DNA from: Zootoca vivipara
Lineage: Eukaryota
NCBI RefSeq assembly: GCF_963506605.1
Contig: NC_083285.1
Coordinates: 30,132,001-30,196,000, forward strand
Length of the DNA: 64,000 bases
Direction of reading: 5' to 3'
Shown: one piece after another, positions 27,921 to 40,900 of the stretch
How the letters are laid out: the number at the start of each line of letters is the position of its first letter
Numbering within the stretch: the first letter of the stretch is position 1
Notes under the pieces: generated by a model
What the model saw: only the letters and a program-made list of their open reading frames with translations
Told to the model about the DNA's origin: nothing
Database searches by the model: none
Program-made: the position numbers and the translations under genes

Positions 27921-30900
27921 TCTACGAATAACCCAAACAAGCTATAGCAGGCATAGGCAAATTCGGCCCTCCAGATGTTTTGGAACTACAACTCCCATCA
28001 TCCCTAGCTAGCAGGACAAGTGGTCAGGGATGATAGGAGTTGTAGTCCCAAAACTTCTGGAGGGCCTTAGGGTCCCACTCTCTTGGGAGCCCCAAAAAAT
28101 TTAAAGGAAAAAACAAAACTGGATATACATTTCCAAAATATAATTTAAAAAACAAATAAAATAAAACCTACATACAGCAACAGTGTTTTGTGTTGTGTAG
28201 GCTCCTATGATGTAAGTAATGGGCTCTGCCTGCTAGCCTGCTCCCTAAAATATCACTGGTATTAGATACCTATTAAAAGGTAAAGGCAACCCTGACCGTT
28301 AGGTCCAGTCGCGAACGACTCTCGGGTTGCGCACTCATCTTGTTCTATAGGCCGAGGGAGCCGGTGTTTGTCCGCAGACAGCTTCCGGGTCATGTGGCCT
28401 GCATGACTAAGCCGCTTCTGGCGAACCAGAGCAGCGCACAGAAACGCCATTTACCTTCCCACCGGAGCGGTACCTATTTATCTACTTGCACTTGACATGC
28501 TTTTGAACTGCTAAGTGGGCAGGAGCTGGGACTGAACGGGAGCTCACCCTGTCGCGGGGATTCGAACCGCCAACCTTCTGATTGGCAAGCCCTAGGCTCT
28601 GTGGTTTAAACCAGAGCGCCATCCGCATCCCTAGATACCTATTAGGTCCATAAATTACCATATAGCATACCGGTATATTCAACACACAAAAACAGCAACA
28701 ATTTGTTGTTGACAAAGGACAGCCCCATTGCCTTCAGTAGCTTAGGGCCTCATCAAACCAAAATCCGGCCCTGGGGAAATAAATGTGAATCCTTCACTCT
28801 GACCAATTGTGTCACAGATAGCTCGGTTCTGCTCCCCCTTCCAAAAAATAATACCTGGCTACGCCCGTGAAGGGAGGCAAGACAATTTGCGGGGCCGCTG
28901 GAGAGGTGAACCCCTCCCCCAGCTTCCCCTTTGGCCTTGAATGGGAGAAACTTCCACTGTCATCCACTGCATCTTAAGGATAGTCAATGAACATTGGACG
29001 TTTTTGAGAAGCAAACCATGGCTGCCCTACAAGTGGGGTAGTGGGGGGTGCCTACCTCAGGCAGCCAGTGTTGGCTGCTATTGAGGGCAGTGAGAAGACC
29101 CGACAAGTGTTTAACAAGGAATAGCAGTGATGGGTAGAACACAAAAGTGAATAATATCACTGTACTCAAACCTTAGTTTCAACTGCTATTTCCTTACCTG
29201 GGCAGGGTCATTGTTTAAAACTGCCATTTTCCTTTGTGCCCCTCCATCCCTGCTTTATTCAAACATCTGTCATCTTTAAAACTGCTATTTTCCTATCAGT
29301 TCTCTCCATCTCTACTTCACTTTAACTTCTGCTGTTGTTTTAAACCACTGGTTTTCCCATGCCAGGTCATTCATTGGTGGGTGTACTCCACCTACCCCAC
29401 TCTGATTTCATGCAAATCCAGGATTGTGCTAAGGCAATACAAATCCACCAATGAGGGCTGTGTCATATGTCTTTTTTATATGTAAAGGAAGACATTGTTT
29501 GAGAGCTCAGTGGGAAAGGTATTGAAAGAAAGACTCGTAATCTGAATTTTGACTAAACTGAAAATGTGACATTGTTGCATTTACTGTATAACAAAAATAA
29601 TTAATAGCTGTGTGTGATACTTTTGTATTTTGCAGACATTTGATCTCGCCTTAGCTAAAATAGCCAGAGAATGGGGAAAGAAATGCATATTTGAACATAA
29701 CCCAATTAATAATATTCATCCTGATCATGCATTTAGGCCGTTTGGAGAAACTATGTACAGGGCACCTGCCAAAAGTAAATCATTTGATCCTGCTATTCCT
29801 ATTTCAGTATTTCATGCTCAAGTATTATACTACAACTACAGCAGCAACACATGTGAAATGCTATGTAAACATTATCTTCAGGTAAGTTGTATTTTTTGCT
29901 GGTCAGATTGCCAACCATTTATCTATCTTCAGAAACAGAAGCACCTTAAGGTTACACATTTTCCTGGTACATGCAAATAATGAGTACAGCTGTTAATCAG
30001 ACACCAAAGATTTAACAGTTATCACCCCCAAATTAACAGAAATAGTATTCTATTTACATACATCTTTTATGTCAACCAGGATGATTGAATACTAACATAA
30101 AACATAAAGGTACCTTTAGCCAAATGACAATAAAGAGAGGAGTCTGAAGAGCAACTGAATATTACATAACTTAGTTTATATTATATAATCTACTTTTTTT
30201 CCAGATTGTTTCGGCTAATACTTATAAAGTTGGCTGTGCTGTCATCTTCTGTCGTAAATCACAAGATGGAAGGAGGAGAAGTGTGACATTTGTGTGCAAT
30301 TATGGCCCATCGTAAGTTAATGAATGTTAAAGAGATCCAAACTTGTGTTTACACACAGTGTTCTAACTTGCAGAATTGCATGAGTATTCACAGTTGATTT
30401 AAGGAGCAATCTTAACTGCTCTTTACAGAGCTGCAGAGCCATTGGTGCATCTGCAGTTTTGCCATGCACAATGACTGGGACAGAAAGTACAGGACAGGCA
30501 TATCACTGTGCCGGCCTCTTGCAGCATGTAGGTGGCAGCTCAGTCCCTCCCCACCCGTTTAAAACTGCTATCAGTGGGAACCCCACAGGCATCACCCCAC
30601 TGGCAGCAACCAGAAGGAAGCTGGCAGGCCTGTAGGGCTGGGCAAAGGTACACCCTTTCCTAATCCAAACCTCCCTAGCCTGCTGTAAAAGAGGTTGGAT
30701 TGCTTTCTTTATGTATGTATTGCATCTTTTACTGTTGATTGCAAAGCAAACAGAATACTCAACTGCTGCTTTCCAGCCATTTCTATGATTAACAATTTCT
30801 GTTATCCAAATTGTTACATACAAAATGTGATTAAAAAGACATTCACAATTCTGTTACAATAGTTTAAATTTTTATTGTATTATAAGTACTGTATTTTTCC

Positions 30901-33900
30901 ATGTACTGTATAAGACGAGGGTTTTTTTACTCTAAAATTATGTTCAAAAACTTCCCTCGTCTAATACAAGGATAGTGTATGGGGTGGACGGGTGATTGGC
31001 TGCAGCTGCAAGCAGGAGCTTGTCAACAACAATGCTAGAAGGGCTGCTTTGGATTGGCTGCTGCTTCTCTAATTGGGTTGGTGATTGGCTTCTGTAGCAA
31101 ATACTGCTGTTGATTGGCTGTCACTGCCACGATTGGCGGCGGCTGTTCTGGGACACGCGTGATTGCCAGCAAACAGCTTTTCTCAGTCGGGTAAGAAATT
31201 TTTTATTGGGGAAGGGTCTGTTTGTGATTGGCTGTCGCTGTGGCAAGTGGGCGATTGTCTGCTGCCGGTGATTGTCAGCGTTGATGCTGCGTGTGAGTGA
31301 TTTTGGGCAAAAAAACCCCCAACAAGCTGTAAAACTGGGCAGTCCTCTGCAAAAAGCTCAACAGCTCTGAGCCATCTCTCCCCTCCCCCCATTTTCTTAA
31401 ATTTGAGTCCCCAAATTTATAGACGGGAAAGTATGGTATGTTGTCTCCCTAGCAGGGAGGAGACATCAATAATATAATGCATCCTTCCATGAAGACGTTT
31501 CTTGGTTCAGTCCTCAGTATCTCCGCTTAAATAATCATGTACTGTACTAGGTGCTGGGGAAATACTTGACATTCCAGGAGAATCACCAAATCAGCTTCAT
31601 GCACCCAAGAAAGTGGGCTCTGGTCCATGAAAACTTAGACCAAAATAACTTTTTGACAATGGCACTTTTTGTAGTTTTGACTACCATTTTTTGTGTTTTT
31701 AACAGTGTTGTAAGTCACTTGGAGACCTTTAGGTAACAAGCAACTAAAGTTAATAAATAATAATACCACAGATACCCCTTTGCAACTTTACTACACAAAC
31801 CTTGTAGGTCACCAATCCAACCCCCTACATGAGGGCTGCACTTGCTCACAGGTGAACTTCTGGGGCATTATACGTACAGTGAGTGGGGCCAGAGGCAAAG
31901 GAGGGCATGGCGGTAGATGAAACATTTACTTTTGTACAGTATGCTACATTCCAGTGACCAAGAGAGACCCAAGCAAATAGACCAGTGTTGCAGAGCCAAC
32001 ACTGGTGACATTGGCACTTTGACAGGGCAGCAGCAAGATTTTGGTTACATGGGTGTACCAGCGAAAACACTGGATTTACTCCACTGCTGTTCCCTCACAA
32101 CCCAATCTTGCCTTTGCTTCATCCTGTTAAGCGGCAGTGATGTCAGTACTGTATCAGAAGGGTAGGCCTGCAGCACCACACTGGTCACTCCTGCCAGCCA
32201 TGAAAAGTGAGAGGTCTCTACAACCCATTCATATCCACATTTCTTAGTTTTCTGGCCAGTGCAAAGCTGGAAGGGAGTGTGGCCCAGGCAGAACTGTAAA
32301 GCCAGGATAGAAAGGCTTAGAGGGATGCATTCAGCGCCCAGGACTGAGGTTGTCCACTCTTCACAATTTGTTAGCATCTGTAACTTTTATTATATTTATC
32401 ATAGCCTTCGTTTTATTTTTCAGTAACTTTGTGTACTTAATTTGTTATTACCTTCATAAACTTTTGTTCTCTAGGATGAAAGTTGGAGTTCGACCATATA
32501 AACCAGGAACGTCATGTAGTAACTGCCCAGAAGGCGACAAGTGTCACAACAGACTCTGTAGTAAGTATAGTGAATGATGCAAATGTTCATGAAAAAAGAT
32601 GATTTAAACTATCAAATATGCCGGTTTTTGGGTTCCATGTATATCACCTCCAGTAGGACATTCTAATGTGCTTAAGGCATGGAACGCAGGAAAGGCTAGT
32701 AGAGTTCTGGTATTCACCTCTTTGCTTTGTCCCATGTCTGTCAGTCAATCCTTTGGGAAAAGGGGAATAATTGTCGTTTGGTACACTGTTGCAGTAGAGA
32801 GACAACAGTTGCTTCCTTCTTTAATCTACCGGTATGTAACCTAGCTTTTGAGAGGGATCTCACAGGAGGTCAGTGTCTCTGGGTGCTGTAGAGTGCAGAG
32901 TTGCATTTTCATTCATTCCTGAAAAGCAGTCCTTAAAATATTTGCCAGTACTAGTACTGAGCTAGTGTAGAGAAACAAAATGGAACATTCCATTATACCT
33001 ACCAGTATTAGTAGTTCCATTCATGATTCAAGAAACCATGTTCAGATATTTTACTGATTAATCTGTGTTCATGTTTAGAGCTTTACAAATGACTGGATGT
33101 TAGAAAAGTATGTGATTCCAAGGATACATAAAGTGCCTTTTGATTAGAGCTAAAGATAAGTGAGAAAACACAGTGCTCCCTGTTAGTTGCTAGCTCATCA
33201 AAAATTATTACAGTATGTATCTGTTGGTTACTGGATAAACACGTTTTTGCCTGTTATTAGGTGTACTTTGTCCATGTCTCTGGTTTTGAAAGGTGTCTAA
33301 TGATTGTGGTGGTAGCCACCACTGTGTGCACTGCCTGATAATGCAATATTCTAGGCTAGTTAAACACAACAGATCATGACATTGTCACCTAATCCGGGGT
33401 CCTATCTGAATGCATAGAATTATAGTGTAGAATAAGAACTGCTTTTTGCTTTGGTGAAATTACATGCGCCTGAATCATGAAGCTATATTTTTATTTGAAA
33501 TATTACAGGCTGAAAATGCCTTTTGCATAAACAAAAGAGCATCCTTCCTACCCGAAATGCAATAAAAAGTCTTATTACAGCAGAGGAGAACCTCCTGGAC
33601 TAGGTTACTCCTCCCATCCACGCCAGTAAAAAGGTAAAGGGACCCCTAACCGCTAGGTCCAGTTACGGATGACTCTGGGGTTGCGGCGCTCATCTAGCAT
33701 TACTGGCCCATGGAGCTGGCGTACAGCTTACGGGTCATGTGGTCAGCATGACTAAGCTGCTTCTGGTGAAACCAGAGCAGAACACGGAAACGCCATTTAC
33801 CTTCCTGCTGGAGTGGTACCTATTTATTTACTTGCACTTCATGCTTTCAAACAGCTAGCTTGGCAGGAGCAGGGACCGAGCAATGGGAGCTCACCCTGTC

Positions 33901-35716
33901 ACGGGGTTTCAAACTGCTGTAGACAGGACCAAAACTCTTGCACAGGCTTTCAATAACCTTCCTGTGTGGGAGAGCAGATACTCTTCCAATCTCAGTCCTA
34001 CTTAAACTATGGAAACAAGATTTTAGCCATACTTGCTCACCTCACAATTCCCTACAATCTTTCTGTTATTTTTTTCCTTCCCTCATGGGCATTTGCCAAG
34101 AGGTTGAAATAGGTATTAGGGGAGACAAATCTTTCCTCTGCCAAGGGATTCTACCGGTACTAATCTAGCCATTGACACTGGATTTCTCTGAGGTGTTTTC
34201 TAAGGGCTAAAGCAGATACAAATGTCTAGACCCCAAAGCAAAGTCCACTCCTGGTGATAGTAAGGTTTCCCTTCTGACTGGTGAACAAGCAGAGTCCCCG
34301 TGTATACCACCTATATAACACTGAATATCTGTGAGGTAGTGCAGAAACACTGGGTGGGTGCTCTGTATTCTGTATAGAGGGGCAAGTAGCATGAGACTCT
34401 GAAATACTAGGGGTACTGTAGGTGCTTGGGTTTCCTAACAAAACTCATCACTACAAGTAATTGAGGGTGCTCCCTCCATCTAGTGTTCTGCCCCTGGGTC
34501 TGCCAAGTTCTTGTCAAGGGTCACATTCCAGAAGATCACTTAAGCAACCATGGTCAACAATACTGCATCATGTGCATGAAAAACAGGAAGTGTCTGCCCA
34601 TGATCCCTCTCCTCCAGTCATTTTCCCAGCTGCTTTCATACTGGCAAGCTACCACCTAAGAAGGTGGGAACACTCATCCTTTTCTTGCTATTTGCACATG
34701 GCAGTGATTCTGGCCTCAGATAAAGACCACATTTTCCCCTGCAGGCATAGACTCAGCTGTCCTTTGGAATCTAACAGATGGAACTCTCTGAGTTAGGTAT
34801 CAGGTTCATTCCTGGATCCAAATTTCTTGTAAAATTCCACAGAATGCTGTACTCTTACCAGGGGATTAGAAAATTGGCAAATTCAAGATGGGATGCAGGT
34901 CAGTTTTATTCCAGAGCCATGGCTTGGATGTGGCAGTCACATGGCATTTCTGGTTATAAAGCTAGAACATGGATAGCGGGTCCAAAACCAATTTGATCAC
35001 TACTCCCTTTAAAGGTAGGGAGAGGAGACTTTTTAAGGAGCCTCTGGACAAGGTATTACTGAAAACCAAATAAAATAACTTCTTCCTTTCAGCTTCCAGA
35101 TTATAGAAGAAAGGTTATAGGCAGGGCAGCAGATAGACTACAATCTGAGCCTTCAAACCATCAGTATTGGGGGGCAGTGGTGTGGCAGAATTTCACTGTA
35201 ATTTTGTTATCAAAATTGGTTACTTACCCTACTCTTAACTTAAAACCTAATAGACTTGGGGTAAGGAGGGGAGCTTTCAACTTATTTATCAAATAAATCA
35301 CTGTAAATTTTGGATGCTGAAATTTAATGGAAATGCTTTCACATTTCCTGCCATATGGCTGAAAATAAAATAGCAAAATGCTAACATTTTTAAAGCCTTT
35401 TTTCACTTGTTACAACTATTTCCCTTTTGCAGGAAATCCTAAACGTGATGAAGTAAACAACCGTATGTATTACATTTGTTTTATACTTTAATTTACTTCA
35501 AGAACAAAATTCAAATTCAGTAAAACTTTTTTACATTTTTGAAAAATAGGCTATTCACAATGGAATCCATCCAATGAATTCGAGTTTAGATGTGATGACT
35601 TCTGCATCGCTGTTGTACTTTTAAGGCTATTATTAATGTTTGTAGCATTTGCAGCTGTTTACGTCTTAAAACTCCGTTATCCAGATTTAGTTTTTAATAC
35701 TAGGGTAGGTTACTGA
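27655..35716 (+). CDS. GLIPR1-like CAP (SCP/PR-1) domain protein, copy A, 271 aa, divergent CAP motifs
   Basis: Exons 27655-27834, 29636-29881, 30205-30311, 32475-32560, 35433-35462, 35550-35716 (816 nt, open). HNxxR..ASNMLYM, YKVGCA, FVCNYGP, Cys hinge CSNCPEGDKCHNRLC, C-terminal TM; AATAAA at 35904. Confidence 0.88.
27911..28773. mobile_element. Non-autonomous TIR DNA element with a nested MITE (about 27948-28066) and Sauria SINE
   Basis: Ends CAGTGCTGGATCT / AAATCCGGCCCTG; body shared with 46434-46870 (CAAGCTATAG..CTTAGGG.CCCACTCTCTTGGG..TAAAATAAAACCTACATACAGC). Confidence 0.7.
28276..28631 (-). mobile_element. Sauria SINE nested in a DNA transposon remnant
   Basis: 13-bp TSD TAGATACCTATTA at 28263-28275 and 28632-28644. 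Confidence 0.9.
30889..31436. mobile_element. Tc1/mariner-type non-autonomous element with internal GATTGGCTG repeats
   Basis: TA-flanked degenerate TIRs (CTGTATTTTTCC..TATAAGACG / TATAGACGGGAAAGTATGG). Confidence 0.6.
33629..33918 (-). mobile_element. Sauria SINE, older copy lacking the extreme 5' end
   Basis: AAAGGTAAAGGGACCCC tail end and homologous body. Confidence 0.85.
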
Positions 35717-36859
35717 GCATATTTACATGAATGATAAAGATATTCCTGCATTTTATATTAAAGTAGATTTGCTTTGTTGCATTGTTTCACGTTATTTTGT
35801 GTTTTCTCAAATTGTATAAATTTACCTGTTACATATTAAGTATTTTTAAACTGGAAAGATAAATTTAAAGTAAAATATATGGTTATCTTGAATATTTTGT
35901 ACAAATAAAAATTAAGCGTATTAAATTGGTTGGCATCTGTTTGTCTCAGGAGACAATGGAGGAGTGCGCCTTTGGGGGTGAGGTCAAGCTGCTGGAAGGT
36001 TGCATCGCCTGCTGTGGCTGTAGAGACCTATACAGGAAAGACAAATTTTGTTGCAGCTGGGGCAAATTAAGGCGTTCAGTTGTGCTGCTGCAGATGCACA
36101 TACAGTACATTAAAGATAAGATAAATACTTTATTGTCCACCCCGTCCACTCACTCTTACCTCCAGTTCTATTCAATATGTACACTATGTGAGGGAGTATT
36201 CTGTGGTGGCTCCCCATCTTTGGAATGTTGTCTCCAAGGAAGCCTGCCTGGAAACTGCATTACTACGGTACCATTTCAGCAACAGGGAAAATATTTGTTT
36301 TCCCAGGCTTTCAAAAACTGCTAGTATCAACATTTTAACTTAAAAGAGTTTGATTTTACTATTTAAATGGGCTGTAGCTGCTTTAGTTGTTTTATCTTTA
36401 TTATTACCAGTTGTTAACTTGAAGGTTTTTTTAAATAGTTTTTTAGTAGCCTACTGTTCGCAACTCTGGGGCCATGAATTTATGTTGAAAGTGCATGATA
36501 TAAATTATGTAAAAAAAATATTCTGTATATAATATCCATAAAAAGATGTAAACTCCTTCCACTTAGATATCCTTATAACAGCACACTTTTGGATGTATAT
36601 TGAGGTAGATCAAAAATGCTTTCTCTCTTTTAGGAACGTCTCTTTTCAAAGTCTAGTTTTAAACTTTTAATTTATTTGAATGTGTTTTTCTTGGGGAGGA
36701 GTGGAGAGAGAAGAGCATTGGCTATCTTCTAGTCCAGGGTTTCCCAAATGTGGGTCCCCAGCTGCTGTTGGACTACAACTCCCATCATCCTTTGCTACCA
36801 AGACCTGTGCTCAGGGGTGATGGGAGTTGTAGTACATGTCGCACAGGTTGACTGAACAA

Positions 36860-37040
36860 CAAATGCTCCCCACACCAAGAGCATGAGTATTAAAGCAAAG
36901 GATTCACCATTTCCTCGACTGCACTGAGTCTTCAAGTTCAACTCCTCCATTGCAATCCTTTTTTTGATGCTTTGGCAGGTTTTGCTGTCCGAACTCTCTG
37001 AATTAATATGCGACTGCAGCATTCTGTCATTCATAGCCAC
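36860..37040 (-). pseudogene. Degenerate duplicate of exon 2 of the RIC3/CCDC107-like gene
   Basis: After an acceptor (tgtttttcag) it translates RMLQSHINSESSDSKTCQSIKKRIAMEE..SRGNGESFALILMLL versus RILQSQMNSEGSESKTYQSIQQMRNAMEKE..TRGNGKDFALTLMPL at 24943-25148. The TM segment is eroded and the donor is lost next to a MITE. Confidence 0.85.
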
Positions 37041-37399
37041 CTGAAAAACACTTAAATATATATATATATTACTTAGGCTCAAGTAGCTTCTGAATGGAAT
37101 TGCTTGGGATTCTCCAGAGTAAGCCACTTCCCCCGTAGCATTTCGGCTAAACTACAGCTCAGACGAATTTAACACAACCACAGTAGCCAATTCGCCTATG
37201 TATGGACTGAAATGGCGGAAGAGACAGAGAGGAGAGATAGAAAGGGACCAGCAAATGTCCCCTTTAAAAAGAGAGGAGGGCGGGGAGAGGGGTCCATCCA
37301 GTGCATAAACCGGGAAAGAGAAGAATCGTTCCGGAGATGGAGGTACAGTCTCGAAACTGGCTGGTGCTGTTTAAAACAGCAAGAGGTTTCTGAGCTCCA

Positions 37400-37930
37400 C
37401 GCTCAACATCCCGTGCAAGTCTCGTCCGTGCAGGTGGAGCTCTGTAGTCGGTGGGGTCACACCAAGCAAAGGAACGGCATGGAAGCGTTCTAAGTGGAGA
37501 GCGGGAGTTCGGCGCGGGGGCGGGAGGTAGTAGCGCCGCTTGAGGCCGTTAGGGAGCAACGGTCTCTTCGCGCGGGTCCCTAACTCGGCGCTGCAGCCAT
37601 GAGGCGCTTCTGGCCGTGCGTCGTCGTCGTGCTGGGGCTGCTCGCCGTCGAGGGCGTGCGCGGCGCGCAGAAATTCGCCGCCTATCCCGAAATTACCAAC
37701 AAGACCTTCATCGACGAGTATATCAACGCGCACAACAAGCACCGCAGCGAAGTCCAGCCCACCGCTTCCAACATGCTGTACATGGTGTGTGTCCCGGGCG
37801 CGGCGGGGTGGAAGGAGGAAAGGGAGCCGAGAGCAGCGGGGACGATCTGAGCGACTCACGGGGGAAGGCGAGCCCTCGCTTCCAGCTGGGCGCTTAGGAG
37901 AAGAAGCTTCCCACTGAACCCGCCGCCACC
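37400..37930 (+). promoter_or_regulatory. CpG island over the promoter and exon 1 of GLIPR1-like copy B
   Basis: CpG-dense; shares the 5' UTR motif CCGTTAGGG..CAACGGTC with copy A (about 27590-27608 vs 37546-37565). Confidence 0.65.
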
Positions 37931-40900
37931 TTTTTTTCTGGAGGGCTCTTTGCCTACGATTTAAAAAGGCAAACCCTTCAGAAAGTCACGCCTTTGGGCA
38001 TAAGATGACGGTCTCAGGCAGCTCGTGGTGGTTATATCTGGGAAGGGATGAAGGAGTAGCCCCTTGTGAGGTTTTATGCCTCAGATTGCGAAGTAACCGC
38101 AGCAGCTCGAGGCTGAGAATAGTCATTTGTGGTTTTCTTTTCTTTTGACACTAACACCCTTTGACCCGCCTCTGAAAGCTGTATGCCTGATTCACATGAT
38201 GGCATGAGAATAGATCGCTGGTTCTTTAAAAGCCTGGCAGTTATACTTACTGGTGGTGCCAGTGAGTAATATCTAAGTAAGTTACTAGTAAAGGATCTAC
38301 CAGTGTGAAGGGATATGATCATAAAGGGAAGACAAAGTGACTACAGTAACATTAAAACCAATAAAGCACATTCAATAAAACTATCTAAAAACATAACTAA
38401 ACAGTTAAAAGGGGGCAGAACTTGTTTGTTTTAGTGAGACTGAAGGCATGTTATCCATTAATTTACTAGAAGTGGGAAATGTTATTAAAAGCTGTGCATG
38501 GTACTTTTCTGTTTTGCAGAGTTTTGATCTAGGTTTAGCTAAAATAGCGAGATCATGGGGACGGAAATGCATTTTTGGACATAATCCAAATAGAAAAGTC
38601 CACCCTGAAACTAAGTATAGGCCATTTGGAGAAAATATATGGCGGGGATCTGCCTCCAGCAAACCATTTAATGCTGCTGCTGCCATTAGCTCATTTAACA
38701 GTGAAGTAAAATACTATACCTACGATGACCACACATGTTCCAAAGTATGTGGTCATTATACTCAGGTAAGTTTCATCCTCATCTGCTTAGAAAATTAAAG
38801 AACTTGAATAATTTGAGACTCTGGGTCAGGCACCCTCAAACTGCAGCCTTCCAGATGTTTTGGCCTTCAACTCCCATGATCCCTAGCTAACAGGACCAGT
38901 GGTCGGGGAAGATGGGAATTGTAGTCCAAAACATCTGGAGGGCCGAAGTTTGGGGATGCCTGCTCTGGGTGCTTCCAGACTGTCATATTTTGATGTGATT
39001 CAGTCACATCCTGGAAAATTCAAGCTGTGCAATTAAAGTTAATTTGGAGCTCTTGCAAAACAAACCTGCTTCCCCAAAAGATTGGACTTTTTACAATCAG
39101 GAAAGTGATGGGGAAATGACCTGGAAAGTGTGGCATAACATTTGCTTCACACAATGCTGTCTAATCTCTCCACAAATAAATCAGGTTGATGCAGGGCTTA
39201 TGCATGGCAACAAAGTGCTTACCATGAGCATTAAAGGCAAATTGTCTTAAGACAGCCCTTCTTTTAATGTCCTGTTCTGCTCTTTGCAGGTGTGCAGTTT
39301 ACCCATGCAAAAAGCAACAAAGGTATAATTTACAAAGAAATGACACCCTTGGTCATGACACACAGCAGACAAACAACTCCAAAAGAAATATTAAATGTTT
39401 GTTTGTAGTACTTTTGTACCCCTTGTTTGTTAAAGTTGCACAAAGCAGTATGATAATACTGATTAACAATTGTAACAACCCAAATTCAGTAGAAATAATT
39501 GCTAAGCTGTCAGCACAAATTACTGACAAATAGGCCAGGAAGCCCAAAGGTGTTTTATTCAATAGCCATGCTATTATTCAAAAACAAAGCATTACAAGTT
39601 ACTGTGTTGAAGTTTGGTAGTCCATGATATTTCCTAACAAATGTCTCTTCACAACACAACTTACTGAGTTTGTAGCTTCCTTCTATATCAATTGAATCAC
39701 ATCAATAAAAATGAAATATTTAATTGGGGATAGTGTTCTGTTGCTTTATATTGGAAAACCATTGTTTTATCCTCACAAATATGTTGGATACATATTTCCC
39801 TGGCACAGACAATGATCAATACAGTTGCTCACCTTGAGCAATGAATGAGCAATGATTTAATTTTCGATATTACAGTATATTTCCATCGGCCAAGATGAAC
39901 AGAAATCATACGCCATTTTACATATATATATTTTAAGAACATAAGATAAACACCTGTGGCCCATTAGGGTACTTGAATATAAGGTATGTATTCTAATATA
40001 ATATAAAGATGCCTTTAGCCAAATGCCAAGTGAGGGCAGGAATCTGGAGAGAAACTGATTGTTAGAAATGGTAACTATTAACACAACTTGTACCTTTATC
40101 GTATATAATAAAACATATCCTTTCCAGGTTGTATGGGCTGATTCTTACAAGGTTGGCTGTGCTATTGTTTACTGCTCTCGAGCAGCAGATGGAAAGAGAG
40201 ATATTTTGCAATTCGTGTGCAATTATGCTCCAACGTAAGTTAACAAATGCTAAAGAGATTGTGTTGACACTTAGTAGTCTAAAATGCATGTGTTGGGCAG
40301 CTACAGGTGATTTGGAGGAAATTAGGCATGTTAGGTGAAGGTTCCCCTCTGCTGCCATCGCAGGACAGTCCATATGACTTCAAACGTACTGTATTTATAA
40401 GCTTTTTTGGGGACATAAACATATTTTATACATGGTGTCTATCTCTCAAAATATCTTTGGCATATGCATTTTGCCCAAATGTGATTTGGCCTCTTTGAAT
40501 TGCTATCATGTTCCCCTGTACTTCCCCTATATATTTTCTAGCTCCAGCCCATTCCCATTTGGACATTCGTAAAGATTTTCACCCTCATTCCTGAGAGGTG
40601 AACTATCCTGAACTGAATATTCCATTTAAAAACTGATTGGTCAGCATTTGATTTTAAATGCCAACTGCCTGCTTCCATTCTGGTTAGAGTGGTCCCTTTT
40701 TAAGCTTGTCCTGTCTGGCTTGTCCTGAAACATTAACAAATGCCTAACAAATCTACCACTGCAAATCCACCTGTCTAGCTGGCCCTGTGCAAGGAATAAG
40801 AAGCATTTCAAAGAAAGCTATCTTGAAGGGCCTTGTTTTCCCACCTAGCCACAAAATTCTTGCTGCCAGGACCCCATGACTACATTTCGCCACATCATTT

